Origin: Utricularia gibba
Lineage: Eukaryota > Plantae > Magnoliophyta
DNA length: 64,000 bases
Reading direction: 5' to 3'
Assembly (NCBI GenBank): GCA_002189035.1
Contig: NEEC01000010.1
Span: forward strand, 2,170,001 to 2,234,000
The notes under the pieces are model-generated. The model was not told the DNA's origin. It did no database searches and saw only the letters and a list, made by a program, of their open reading frames with translations. Made by a program: the position numbers and the translations under genes. Positions 1 to 12,188 of the stretch are shown piece after piece. How positions within the stretch are numbered: the stretch's first letter is position 1; the number at the start of each line of letters is the position of its first letter.

Positions 1-3000
1 TCCTTCTCAGCACACAGATGAAGCCTCTCTAAACCGGCTTCTGCCTCACCTAGATATTAGAAAAAATACTTGGTCAACACAAGGTGAAAACTTATCTATA
101 TCTTATCACAATATTTTTCAAGTGGCTTTGAGGTGAGGTACCTTGCAAATACTCAAAGAACTGCTTCTTAGTGTTCTCATGCGAAGGTAAATAGTAGCCA
201 TATGCATAAGTCCATTTCAGCACCCTTCGACATTCAACTATCTGAAAAAATCTTAGAAACTCAGCACGTTTTCTGGGTGTACTGCAATGTTATCTATGCG
301 GGGAAGGTTTATTATGCCCATAATAATATCAGGGAAAATGTAGTTTCATTAGAAATCGGCTAATAAGGCTTGAGGTTTACAAAGAAGAGTATCTAGTTTA
401 AGCTAACACCTCCACTGGATTTTAAAAATTCAACAGCTTACCTGTTGCAAGGCTTCGAGAATAAATTTTAATTGGGATTCAGGTTGGCCTTGTACTTCAC
501 TAAGCCTCTGAAGCTGGATCAAAGGAAAAAAAAATCGGAGGGTGGGGGAGAGGAAGCCAGAAATAACAATGAGTAAATAGAAGCATGAAAAAAAAAAGTG
601 GCTTTGATATGTATCAAACAAATTCAATAGGATAATAAAGAATGGGAAGTCATGATTCCATCAGCCAGATTATGCAGGAGATGGTACTAAAACATGCCCC
701 AAATGAAGTTCGAAATGTACCGGCAGGCTTACATGAGTATTTTGCATTTGATGCAAATCTACCAGAGCTTTTTGCCTTGACTGCGAAATTCACAAAAGCA
801 TACAAACGTCATGCATCCAACAAATAGCTTACATAATAGCCATATCAAGCATTCCAGGAAGCAACTCAACCATATGAAAAGCTACAAATTAACCATTTTT
901 AATTGCAAAAAATTGATTGCAATTAAAAATCAGGACAGAAAGTTAATGGCCACTACATAAAGACAAAATATCCAAGTATCACTGCTACATACTGTCTGGT
1001 TGGAAGCCCAACGCTCATAGTAATGTGTGTATCTTTCCAAGGAGTTCTTAGCCATCTCTCTTCTTCTCTCTGCTTCATCATACTGAAAATATATCCAACC
1101 AAAACAAGAAACGAGGAATAAAATTTACGAATGAAAAATACTCTGATGAATGACAAGTAAAAAAAAATCTTTAAAATGATCTCTTAATGCATACCACCCC
1201 TCTTGCTTTGCAGCCTCATAACGATTGCATGCATAGAACCCTCCTGTTCTCTCTCCATGGTCTGACCAAGCACCAAGGCAGAGCCTGGGGGTGTATAATT
1301 GAATAAAATTAATACTTGCAGGAAAAACAAGACCGTACAGCAAAACGAGATCCGTTCTGAGCTTCATAAAAAAAGAAGCAACCAAACAGAAAAGTACCAG
1401 CAAAATTCAAATTTGCAAGGTGGTGTGCAAGTCATGTGCATGCAACCCTGGTTCTTCTCAATAGGGCGCTTGCACTTTGGGCAAGGCTTTGAATTTGCCA
1501 GTATCCTAATACAGGAAATGGACAAAACAGTTTATCAAAGAAGAACGAGTCCAGAGTGTTTTGTGGTGCACGGTCATTTTTCCGGTAGAATACCAGTTCA
1601 TGTTTTCAGACTCTGCACTGTTCTTCAAAATCCACTTTGCCACAGTTTCACAGTCTACTGGTCGATGGGCCTCCTCTGTGCACTGAATTCCAGAAATTCA
1701 TAAATATTCTATCAGAGAAAACTGGCAACGAATGCAATAAATCAAACGCCCACTTACATTCCAACAGAAGCTATAAGAACAACTGCAGCTGACATCATAA
1801 TTATCACTACCGACCACATACTCAACAGCAGAATCACAACCAGGAGCAGGACACCATTTGATCTGCAAAAATACATGATACAAGCTGTTGCAAGAACTAC
1901 CACCATATTCAAATGAACCACAAAAACCTAAAAGAACAGTGCATTACAGCATATTTGGCTCGTCAGAAATGATTATGTATAATGTCTAGTTCAGGGGAGG
2001 ATATCCCTACCTTCCGACTGTCTTCAACAAAAGATCTAAGAAGATAACGGTTATACTTGATCTTATCCTCATCAGGTGCCAAAGTGTTGATCATATCCTG
2101 GCCAACAGCTGATCCACAGGATGGATGGGGACACCTCAGCATCAAGCATCCAGGGCCATCGTTGATGGCTGTACTAATGTAAGCTGAACAGAACATTATT
2201 TATCATATTTAGCTTAGCCACCAGAAATACAGAGCCCGGCTACCAAGTGCACTACTAAAAAATACGAATGGTCGGAGAAGGAAAAAGGGTTAGGCAAACC
2301 TTTCCAGCATGTATCACAGAATAGATGAGAACAGGAAACAGATCTTAGACTGCGAACAGGATAGTAATCAAAACAGATCCCACAAGCAACCTAAAAAGGG
2401 GGAATACAACAGTTCTTAGAATGTGAACAGCGCACTGAGGCAATGTCATAAATATGACATACTTCCGTATTATGCATGGAAATAGAAGCCGGCTTCTCCA
2501 ACAGGCCAACAGCTTTGCGAACCCCCTCTTCATCAGCAAACCATTCTTCATGCACATTATTCACACTCCTGCATAAAAGTGAAGTGGTGATATATGAAGA
2601 AACAAATCCCAGGAATAGATATAGTCGAGAGAGGCACAAATACAAACACTAGAGAAAGAGGAAAAACCATTTCCTGTCAGCTTCAAAAAAGCAATACCAT
2701 TTATAGCGTCTGAGCAGAATGCATGCCGCTGATCTTGGAATTGAAAGTACAGTTGAAATTTTACTGATATCCTCCTCTTGCCGCTGCCGTATATCTTCTT
2801 CTTTCAATATTGAATAGTTTTTCTGGAACACATAAACCATCAGGTTTAGGATCCCGCACACACACACATGATCCAAAATTGGTTTATTATTGATCTTTGT
2901 TCTTCCTGAATTATCAGCTAAAATAGAAGCCGTTCTAATACCAAACCTCTCCGTTTAAATCTTGAAGCTTAAATAGCCATATAGCGATCAGAAATGGTAT

Positions 3001-3420
3001 AACAGCTCGTAGCTCCCATGCACAAACAGTTCACGTTGCCAAAAGCTCACTCGGAAACCAAATTAATCAGGAGAAGACAATAAGATCAACTCCTCCACAC
3101 CAGTAAAAAAATAATCCTTTTTAAAGGAAGTCGGGCAACCAGAGAGGGACCCCATATGATACCTGAGACCGACTGGAGACATCATCTCCATCATCAGAGT
3201 AATTAGAGATGAAGTCATAGTCACCAGTATCGTCCTGATCGTCGTCAGGAAACCCACCAGAGCTGCAATCATAATCGCCGTCGTCATCGTCGTCGTCTTC
3301 ATCCCTAGCTTCATCTGCCCCATACATGATATCATCGTCCTCTCCGCCACTGAAATAGTCGTCTTCCTCCTCCATCGAAGCCACTTCGTTGGCATCGTGC
3401 ATATCGTCCTCAGATTCCAT
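1..3420 (-). CDS. ARI8: RBR-type E3 ubiquitin ligase, ARIADNE family (ARI7/ARI8-like); multi-exon, 3' end continues beyond position 1
   Basis: ATG at 3420 begins acidic [16 protein letters not shown] exons give the RING1 [17 protein letters not shown], the [31 protein letters not shown], the RING2 [34 protein letters not shown] and the Ariadne domain [38 protein letters not shown]. Confidence 0.95.
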
Positions 3421-4516
3421 CCCCTGGAAGTCGAACTTCCTTGAATGAACGAAACCCCTAGAGTTGGGCACCAAAGCAAGGAATTACCCTACGCGGGGAT
3501 TCAGTCATCAAGAATCCCAGCCGGTTCTAGGGCTTTTACAGGGATGCCATCATCAATCACCGACGAGGAAGGGGCATAAATCCGCCCGCAATCTTTTCCT
3601 CCCCTTTGGTTATTCTGCACATGGGTCTTCTCAACCTTGTGATAATCAAAATCAGTGTGCTGTATTTCACAACTACATTTAAAATTATTTTAAATATATA
3701 AACAATAAAAAACCCATTTTTAATTACTTCACCAACCAACATATTTATGCTTCCGAATACAATTACTTTATATTTAATATACATATTTTTTAATTAACGA
3801 ATACTTTACATATTTTAAATAAATCTAATCAAATATAATAATATGTTTAATTATAATCAATAATATAAATTCATTTTAATGTAAATAATTCAAATATATC
3901 ATTAATTGATTTTTGATCCAAAGTTGATAATTATTTGCAAGGCACTAAAACACCTGTACGACTAAAATACTGTGCAAGAGTTTGTGTTCTTCATCACTAC
4001 GCAATAACCCACCCAAAAGGTCCGAAGGTGCAGCGGTTACACAATAAATCACAGGGTGGCTTCTTCGTGTACAAGAAAGACAGCAGCCACTGTCCATCTG
4101 AGAGTCTTAAATATGCGATAGTTACTGAATTGAAGCACTTGCAAGTTTGAACTTCTTCAAAAAAAGAAAAGGAGAACCATTCTGACTCTAACTCCCACCC
4201 TCCAAGAATAAAATCAATGCTTCTGTCACAAGGGGAACAAAAAGAGATGCACGTACTGTAGCTTGTGGTTCCAGATTGTGGGCATCATGATGGTAGATTT
4301 ATTGTTCCAAATACAGAGAGAGTTTCTGCTGCTGCTGCTGTCCTCTCTCGATCTGTAGTTGGTTATCTCATTGAAGCTACAGGTGACGGAGTTTAATGAG
4401 GAGAGTATAAGAATGGTGATGACTGCCATTGCATAACTGAAGAGCTGTAGGAAAAAGTGATGAAGAGGGGTTGAGGGTCAATTTCACATTACATCCTTGG
4501 GAGTGATGGGATTGCA

Positions 4517-4532
4517 TGTGTGTGTGTGTGTG
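4517..4532. repeat. (TG)8 microsatellite
   Basis: Read directly, just 3' of the transporter pseudogene stop. Confidence 0.85.
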
Positions 4533-4564
4533 AATTCAAGGAGTTGTCAAACCTGCAGTTAACT

Positions 4565-6958
4565 TCATGTGGGGAGAAGAGGCCTCCTTTCATCAGCACC
4601 CACTTCGTGATTTGCCTACACGAAGAAGTTAACAATATGCTTACAGTGAAGATCAGCTGACGTTGCATGGTGAATATGATGGATCTTACTTCCTCATTAG
4701 CTCCAGCAACAATATTTATGAAGGATGATTCCCGTGACCTGGAAAGATGTAAAGGAGCATAAGCTGTCTACTAGTAATTGACTAATTTCCAAGAATTGAG
4801 ACATTGAAAATTTATACAAGAAAAATTCTGTAGCTTGACGATGGCATAAGGCAGGTCTGCTAAAGAAAATCTATTAAGCGATAGAGAACAATGGTAATAC
4901 AGACTACAGTTTGCATCAAATATTCTCAGTCATGGTTACCTGTAGTCATACTTGATGCTTTTGTCAAAAACTGCATTTTGACAGTCATCTTTAACTTTAG
5001 AAAGAGGAGAAAACAACTGAAACATGGAACACGAAATAACAGATCATCAGACTGTACATAATGTTATCGGAAACAGATATGCAGTTAGAACAGTGTACCT
5101 GATGCATTCAAATGAAAACCACTGTAATCCCTAAAATGAAATTAATGCTCAACGTGTGACCAAATAATGCGGCAGATGCGATACCAGTAAAGATTGTGGC
5201 AACAGTTGAAGGAGGGAGGCCCAAGGCACTGGTACTCTCTGGGGAAGATTTAAGTTGATTTATTGTTATGCCAATCAGCAACAAAGCAAGAGCCTCCCCT
5301 TGCATAATCACTACAAACGTCTCGTTGCAAAGCTACTTAATGATGGCAAGTTCTTATTTTCCAATTCCTTAAGAATAATTTGAAATCTCATTTATTCGGT
5401 TTGCTTTCCTAGTTTCATATGTTCGAGAATTCGAACCTCACCTGAATAACTGAAAATCGCCATTTCATTATGATCTTCAGAAGTAGAGCAATGACCAAAA
5501 CCTATGAGATGAAAAAAAAAATGTGAAGACCTGAAAACTAAAAACAATAAATAAATTAATATAGTTATAATGTAGATGGCCAAAAGTAGTGATACCACGT
5601 GAAGGTGATCATCCTACAACAATTTTCATTGTATTTGGGTATGTATTTAGGGAATGTTGCTTAAAAAGCAGTCATTTTTGACACGGTATATTCCTAAATG
5701 AAAGAAAATATAAGCTAAAAAAATGGAGCAATATACCTTTAGGTTGCTCAACATTTTCACAGTTGCAGGATTGAAATACACCTGGAATGCGTCAAAAAGC
5801 ATTGTAAGAAACAAATGATGTTAAGTTAGAACAATCGTCAGTATCCTAAAAATTGTGGTAAACAGACTTTAGTAGTGATTCAGTATGAACACGCAGCATA
5901 CAGAAGAATTAGGAATGAGGAAATGCTCATACATACCTGCATGATGAATTTCAGGTAGTTATTAACAGCATAGAGAGGGGCTGGAACCGCAAGAAGCACA
6001 TTGTTTCGAGCAGCCTGTTTGATATAAATTCAAGCATCGTCATTTAAACTCTCTAGACACCAGCCATCCAAAGCATTCTGGAAATGTCATAAACCAAACT
6101 ACTTACCAATCTAATTATCAACATATTAGCATAGTAGTTATTAAAAATTGTTACATGTTCAAATGCTAACTGAAGTTTAGAAATACGAGCATTTGAAATG
6201 CTGATCCGAGAAACAACCCCTAGCTGAAAAAAACTCTAAATGACAGAACATTACAATCACTGATTTAAATCTTTCCATGCTTGGTGTTCTGAAAATGCAC
6301 CTGAATAAATGTAGAAAAAGAAATAAACGGTTTTTCACCGACTTTCATCCGCCTAGCCTGCAAAACAGAGAATTGCCATATGACCAACAGTTCACTCTTT
6401 GTTAAGTAACCCAAGTCTTAATGTTAATAGCGTAAGTCTCTCAATAACTTTCATGTAAAAATTGAATCTTCATTGTTATCTCATCAGAATCACACGTAAA
6501 GATTAAAAAGAAAAAGAAATATAAATCATTCACAAAGGTTTAAAGGGCAGACTCACCTGAAATATAAGCATTGCAACAGCAAAAATAACTTTTGCAAACT
6601 CTGTCAAAGAGTTCACGCTGATAGGGCTAAACATGACGCGTCCATCTACCTTGGACATGAAAACCAGAATCGGCTGTGGAGACAGAAATCAAGATTGAAG
6701 TACTAAAAACTATGCATGCCAGAGTATAAATATACCTAGACCTGTTGGTGAAAAATATAAAGAATAGAACAAATTTCCAAAAACTGCATACCTGAAAACC
6801 GACTAAGACACAATCACCAACCACTAATAAGAATTGAGAGCTCTCTGTTTGGATGATGACTTGTTCCTATGTTGATCATAAGCTCGGGAAACAATTTTGG
6901 CGGAGGGTGCCACAAACACGGAATGACAGACACTGCACTCTATAATCCCGTCCTTCAT
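4565..6958 (-). pseudogene. CMP-sialic acid transporter-like nucleotide-sugar transporter (SLC35A-type, UTR6/CSTLP2-3 group), disabled
   Basis: Exons read [87 protein letters not shown] and ERRPLLPT*. Lesions are a 1-nt frameshift near 6830 (giving TAG at 6824-6826), an in-frame fusion GLP|PSTVAT at about 5212 that removes ~105 aa, and TGA in place of Ser at 5108-5110. Confidence 0.9.
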
Positions 6959-9686
6959 GAGCACCAATCAAGCACCACAGCGAGCTTCAGGCATTAGACG
7001 ATTAATCTACAATGCAAGATTATGCAAAGCATAAAAAATTAACATCCCCAAACCAACCAGGCTTGATAACCAAGACCAGAACACAAATTCAACACACACA
7101 AAAGGTTGCATAAACGCGTATGAAATTTAAACCAAAATCGGTATATATTCAACACTAAAAAACCTGTTGCATAAACACCCAAGTTACTTAAATATTCATT
7201 CGGTGCGAAAAACCCCACCTTACCAACAGCACACCGCCTAAAACCCAGACCAATCAACCATCAAACACAAATCCAATCAGAAAAAAAAATACCCGCAGCA
7301 TTGGCAAACAACTACTAAAGCTATCTCCACCACCGAAAACAGCACACCTGTTGAATGCAATCCCTACATCCAATCAGGGGACAAACTACTCCTTTTCAAC
7401 GCCGTACCGTTATTCGCAGCTGATCCATCCATTCTTCCTCAGATCACGAAACAATCCCACCCAAACAACCACCGTAACGAGTCAAAAAAACAAACCTTAT
7501 TGCAAACCCAGTGTTGAGAGAACTGGATGTTAAGAGTACCAGCAACGGCGTCTGGATTCCGATGTCTCCGGCTGCCGGAGAAAAGAAGGAAGCACTAGGC
7601 TCCAGATGGAATGACACGAGAATGTACTTCAGTAGACCGTCACGAGCACAGAGCAAGCTACCCTTCATTACATCATCAAATAAAGTAAAAATAGATGTGA
7701 AGTCTACGGTTCAACGATGCGTCACCCGTCTATGGAATTTCGATTTACACGTCAGAAAATAGGAAAAAAATTAATATTAAATATACAGTGTAATAAAACG
7801 AAGAAAAAAAAACATTTACGTTCTTCAATATATATATAATTATAAAGCCTTTACGTTATTTTTTAATTATATTTTAAACTATTCTCTCATATAATTTTTT
7901 TTAATTAAATAGTTTGTTTTATTTTTATATATATATTAAATGAATCTACTAAATGCAATATATTAAATATATGTACTTTTTTATTTAAAATACATTTTCT
8001 ATTTTAATATAAATACTTTAAATATATTATTAATTCAATTCACAACTTTCCCCAATGTCGTCATCCATACGATGCTATTCGTGGGACGGATTGATGAGCT
8101 CGGCTGCATTGGTTACACCAACTCCCCGGAAGGAGAATCCGATGTTCTTGCTGTCAAAATTTCCGCCTCGGGCCTCACGCCTTCGCCGACTCTCCGGTCA
8201 AGTCTCTGCCTATCCTATCGCTCCGATAATGCTACTCCTACCTTCGCTTGCCATAATACTACCGCCACTAGGGCGGGAATCGGTTCTGCATGATCCATTT
8301 TTCGTCCCAACCCGAGTCTATTACTGTACTGCCTTTGCGTCGGTTAGAGAGGTGTGAACGAAAACGTGACTCCAGTGTGCACATAAATGGACGTTTTTTT
8401 GTCATCTTTGTTGTTAACAAAAGAAGTTGGTTTTGAATAGGCGCCAAGAAAAGGAATGGAAATTGGATGATGTATGTATTTTACTGTAAAGTTTACTAAT
8501 AGTGAAGTTGAGAAAGATGGTGCCTGAGATTCAAGGGATGCAGGGTTTGGTGAAGTATGCCGATTTGTTCCAAGCCCTCATAATTTCAAAAAGGTATGTC
8601 ATTGGTAAGCAGTAGCTGTCCGTACACTGTTCATTCTAGTGGTGGAGCCATCAGCCATGAAGGTGACGGCTTCAGAGAGAGAATTAGAAGCTGCCTGTCT
8701 TAGGGAGAGGCACGTATGCTGAGAAGTGAAAGGAAAAAAGTTTGGACTTTTTTTTTTTCATTTTAAGGGGCATCTTTCTACCCAAGAGCTTCGAGGGGAC
8801 GCAAAGTCTGAATCCTTGAAAATTCAAGGGAAAGGTATACCCAGTCAAACGCGCTCATAACTACTTTAGAGAAAGAGAGTGATAGAATTAGGTGGGCCGG
8901 TGGGTATTGTTGAGCGATTTCTTCAACGGAACTTAAAGGGAGTTGGCGAAAGCCGTTTTTAGCTTTGCATTGGGTGCTCCTGCACGCATGCTTTTTTTGC
9001 TCTTATTCTTGTAGCTTTTCTTTGTTTCTCTGTGTCCTTGTTATAGATTTCTTGTATTCTTGTTGGTACTGGCTTTGTTTAACTCTTGTAACGTCCGTTT
9101 TGGTTGTTAAAACCTGGTTCAGAGAACAAGGTTATTAGCCGTAGAGACTCTGCATAATTTGCTGGTACGTGATTTGCCCTGTTCTTAGTGCTTTTGGGGA
9201 AGTTGAAAGTCAGGGAGCTTCGAAATTTTCCATGATTAGTTGTCTTTTAGGAGTTTTCTGGTGGGAATCGTAACAGCCTTTTTTTTTGTTCAACTTTTCC
9301 TTTATAGAGAGCCCAGCTCTGCGTTCTAGCAGGGGATTTTCCTCATATAGTTCCTTTACAGCTTACCATGTGCCCTGCTGCAGTGTAGAATAGGGGTAAT
9401 TACACTATAAAGTATAAAAGCCAGCAAGGAATAAAAAAATGTGGGATTACAGGTTTTCTTTTGGGAGTGGAAAAAGAAGGGTTCGAAGCATTTGTAAAAT
9501 GGAAAGAAGGTTGAAAGAGTTTGTAAAGTGTTTAGAATATCAAAAGAGTTCCCTTTAGACAAGCTTTGGAGTTGTTTTAACTAACTTTGGACAGTTTGAA
9601 AAGCAGTGATTTCCTTATAACAGTGCTCGTGTTTGACTTATGCCACGGCTCTGCATTTGTAGGTTCAGAAGAGTGATGCTGTGAAG

Positions 9687-11816
9687 ATGGGGAAGAAGAA
9701 GGGGCTGTTTTCATCAGTGAAAAGGTGTTTTACTTCCAAAAAGAAGAGGACGGATGTAAGAGTCTGGCAATTAAACTTCACTTCTGCTGCCCGAGAATAA
9801 AGTACTTTATTTTATTGATGGGACGATTGCTTAAGCTCTTGTTTGATCCTGCAGAAAAAGAGGAGCAACAAGGGAAAGAAGGGAAAAGGCAATTGGGGGC
9901 ATGTTGAAACCACATCTTTTGTTCCGTTCTTCAGACCACCCAGCAGTATCGAAAAAATATTAGGGGAGGCTGATCAGCTGAACATTCAACCCGGAGTCTC
10001 CTTGAAGTCTTTTCAAGTCGTAGAGAAGGCTGGCTCACCAAATTCAGTTTCTCCAAGAGCATCTTCTCCAAAGGTGGTGTCTTCAACAAAACGTGATCCA
10101 TATCCAATACATACTCTCCGCGAGGCTTTTTCTGCTGATTCTAATGGTGGGCAGCCTTCTTCCGATGGGCCTAATGGGGAAGTGGATAACAGTCATTTCA
10201 AGAAGCCATTGCTGACTCTGCCACCAGGAACTTGTTGTCAAAATGATTTGTACCCAGGTCATACTCTCCATGAGGCTTTTCATGCTGATTCTTCTAATGG
10301 TGGGGATCCCTCTGTCAATGAGACAGAGTTTAAAGTAGAAACCACCCAGTTGAAGAAACCTGCATTAGATGTGCCTCTGAAAACTTGCTACCAGAGTGAC
10401 TTGTATCCGGAACCTGTCCTTAACGAGCCTTTTCGTGCCTCGTCATCTAATGGCGGGGATTTTTATTCCCGTGGGAGAGAAGGAAAAGTGGAAACCAGCT
10501 ATGCTAAAAGGCTCTTGCTGACTGCTGGAGACAAGAATACTTCAGTGTTGAAGATTCAGACAGCATACAGGGGCTATTTGGTAATGCGCTTTGCCATTCT
10601 AATGATTTTTCTGGTTCATTTGTCAGAGCATCGTGTTGCTTAATATTCTGTCACTTACTGCACATCCATCGCCGCTGAAGCGAAGCCTTTTCCCAGCCTA
10701 AACACGGATGCTTGGTGTTTTTTTTTTCCAGGCAAGGAGAAATTTCAGAGCCTTGAAGAGGCTGCAAACAGTGTTGAGATGTCAGAATGTAAAGCGACAA
10801 ACAATGAACACAATGAAGCAAACGCAGTTTCTTGTTAGAGTTCAGACACGGGCTACGTCTCAGCGGATAAAAATGCCGGCTCTTCATCGTCCAGAACATC
10901 CCCAGGATAAAGGCATTGAGAGTAGACGATCCTTGAATCAGCTTCCGGTAAGCATATTTTCTTTTAAGAAATGTCATACATCGCCAGCTGCACAGTCTCA
11001 TAAAAACATTGTAGTGAATGAATCTACAAAACATGTCTTTCAACTCACTTGCCTTCTTCTTTTCAGTCGGGCTGCCTTCAAAGTGAGGAATGGGACACCA
11101 GCATGTTATCCAAAGAGGAAGAAGATGTACGGCTCCAGAAAAAGGTTGACGCAGTCATGAAAAGAGAGAGAGCCATGGCTTATGCATATTCCCACCAGGT
11201 GAACTACTTTTTAATTTCCAGCCCCTTTTCGCAACCTTTCCTTTCAGAATTGTTCATGTTTATGAATCATCTCATTCGAGCAGCAATGGAACTCAAATGC
11301 AAGATCTAGCCATGGCCATCCTGACCTTCGGTTCAATGGTTATCCCTGGTGCTGGAACTGGTTTGACCGTTACCTCGCTGCAGCAGACACTTCCTACAGC
11401 AAAACCACTGTAAAGAGCACCACATCCACTCCTAGAAAACCATCTTCAGAGCACAAGATGAGTCCTCAGTCCTATCCAAGATGCAATAAGCATAGTAGAG
11501 GTTATGACACTCCACTGAAAGATGATGAGAGCCTCATGAGCTGCCCAGCTTTCAACTCCCCCCGTTACATGTCACCCACAGTTTCAGCAATGGCGAAAGT
11601 TCAACCAAACGGGCACCGGAATGGGAGGTCTCCGGATACTCCGGACTCGGATTGGAGATTCTCATTCCCCTCACCCCAAACCATGACTCCTTCAAAGATT
11701 CTGCTTCACAGACAGGAAGACATATGGAGTCCCCGAGATCTACCAGAAGCTCAGCCATGAACTCAAGACTTTCCACGTCTCCTTTAGGTGGTAGAAAGCC
11801 ATTTAACAGATTTTGA
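9687..11816 (+). CDS. IQD14: IQ67-domain calmodulin-binding protein, IQD13/IQD14-like; exons 9687-9755, 9855-10580, 10732-10947, 11067-11198, 11284-11816 (one apparent missing C at 11667-11670)
   Basis: Motifs MGKKKGLFSSVKRCF, FRPPSSIEKILGEA and KIQTAYRGYL|ARRNFRALK with the phase-0 intron typical of IQ67 genes. Also EEWDTSMLSKEE, KRERAMAYAYSHQ, DDESLMSCPAFNSPRYMSPTVSA and the C-terminal GRKPFNRF* in the shifted frame. Confidence 0.92.
10095..10545 (+). repeat. Three degenerate in-frame tandem repeats of 150-153 bp (~50 aa) in IQD exon 2
   Basis: Units start at 10095 (DPYPIHTLREAFSADS-NGG), 10245 (DLYPGHTLHEAFHADSSNGG) and 10398 (DLYPEPVLNEPFRASSSNGG). Each continues with a (K/E)V(E/D)..xxKK/KR.LL-like tail. 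Confidence 0.9.
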
Positions 11817-12188
11817 TACAGTGAATGAAATGCGTTTGGTTACCTGGTTGTGGGGTGTTCTGCCTTGTCTGTGTTTAAGGTTCACTTTGTAACGTGAAGA
11901 ATTAGGAAGAAGAAAATTGTAAACATAAACTGGAACAGGGATTGATGTATTGACTTTTTAAATTAAACGAAAAATATAATATATAATGATTTGTTTTTTG
12001 ACTAAATGGTAACGAACCGGAGCGAAATGGTTGAACCGAACTTGGAATTCGGGTCGTGGTTGTCTGCTGCTCAAGAATCCGGTCTGGACGGCTTTTAAAT
12101 CATTGAACGCTTAAACCTCAGGAGCCGCAGCTTAAAACCCTAAATTTGCAGCAGTTGTGGTCGGAGGAATAACACAGGACTTGTTGGA

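Noticed and set aside
3935-4429. Possible small secreted or Cys-rich peptide gene: minus-strand ORF MAVITILILSSLNSVTC.. (4226-4429) and a downstream KPPCDLLCNRC motif (about 4030-4070) with EPFL-like Cys spacing
   Set aside because: The only plausible GT-AG intron joins the signal-like ORF to a different frame, and the remaining EPFL/GASA cysteines are absent. The ORF lies where the transporter 3'UTR would be, so chance is sufficient.
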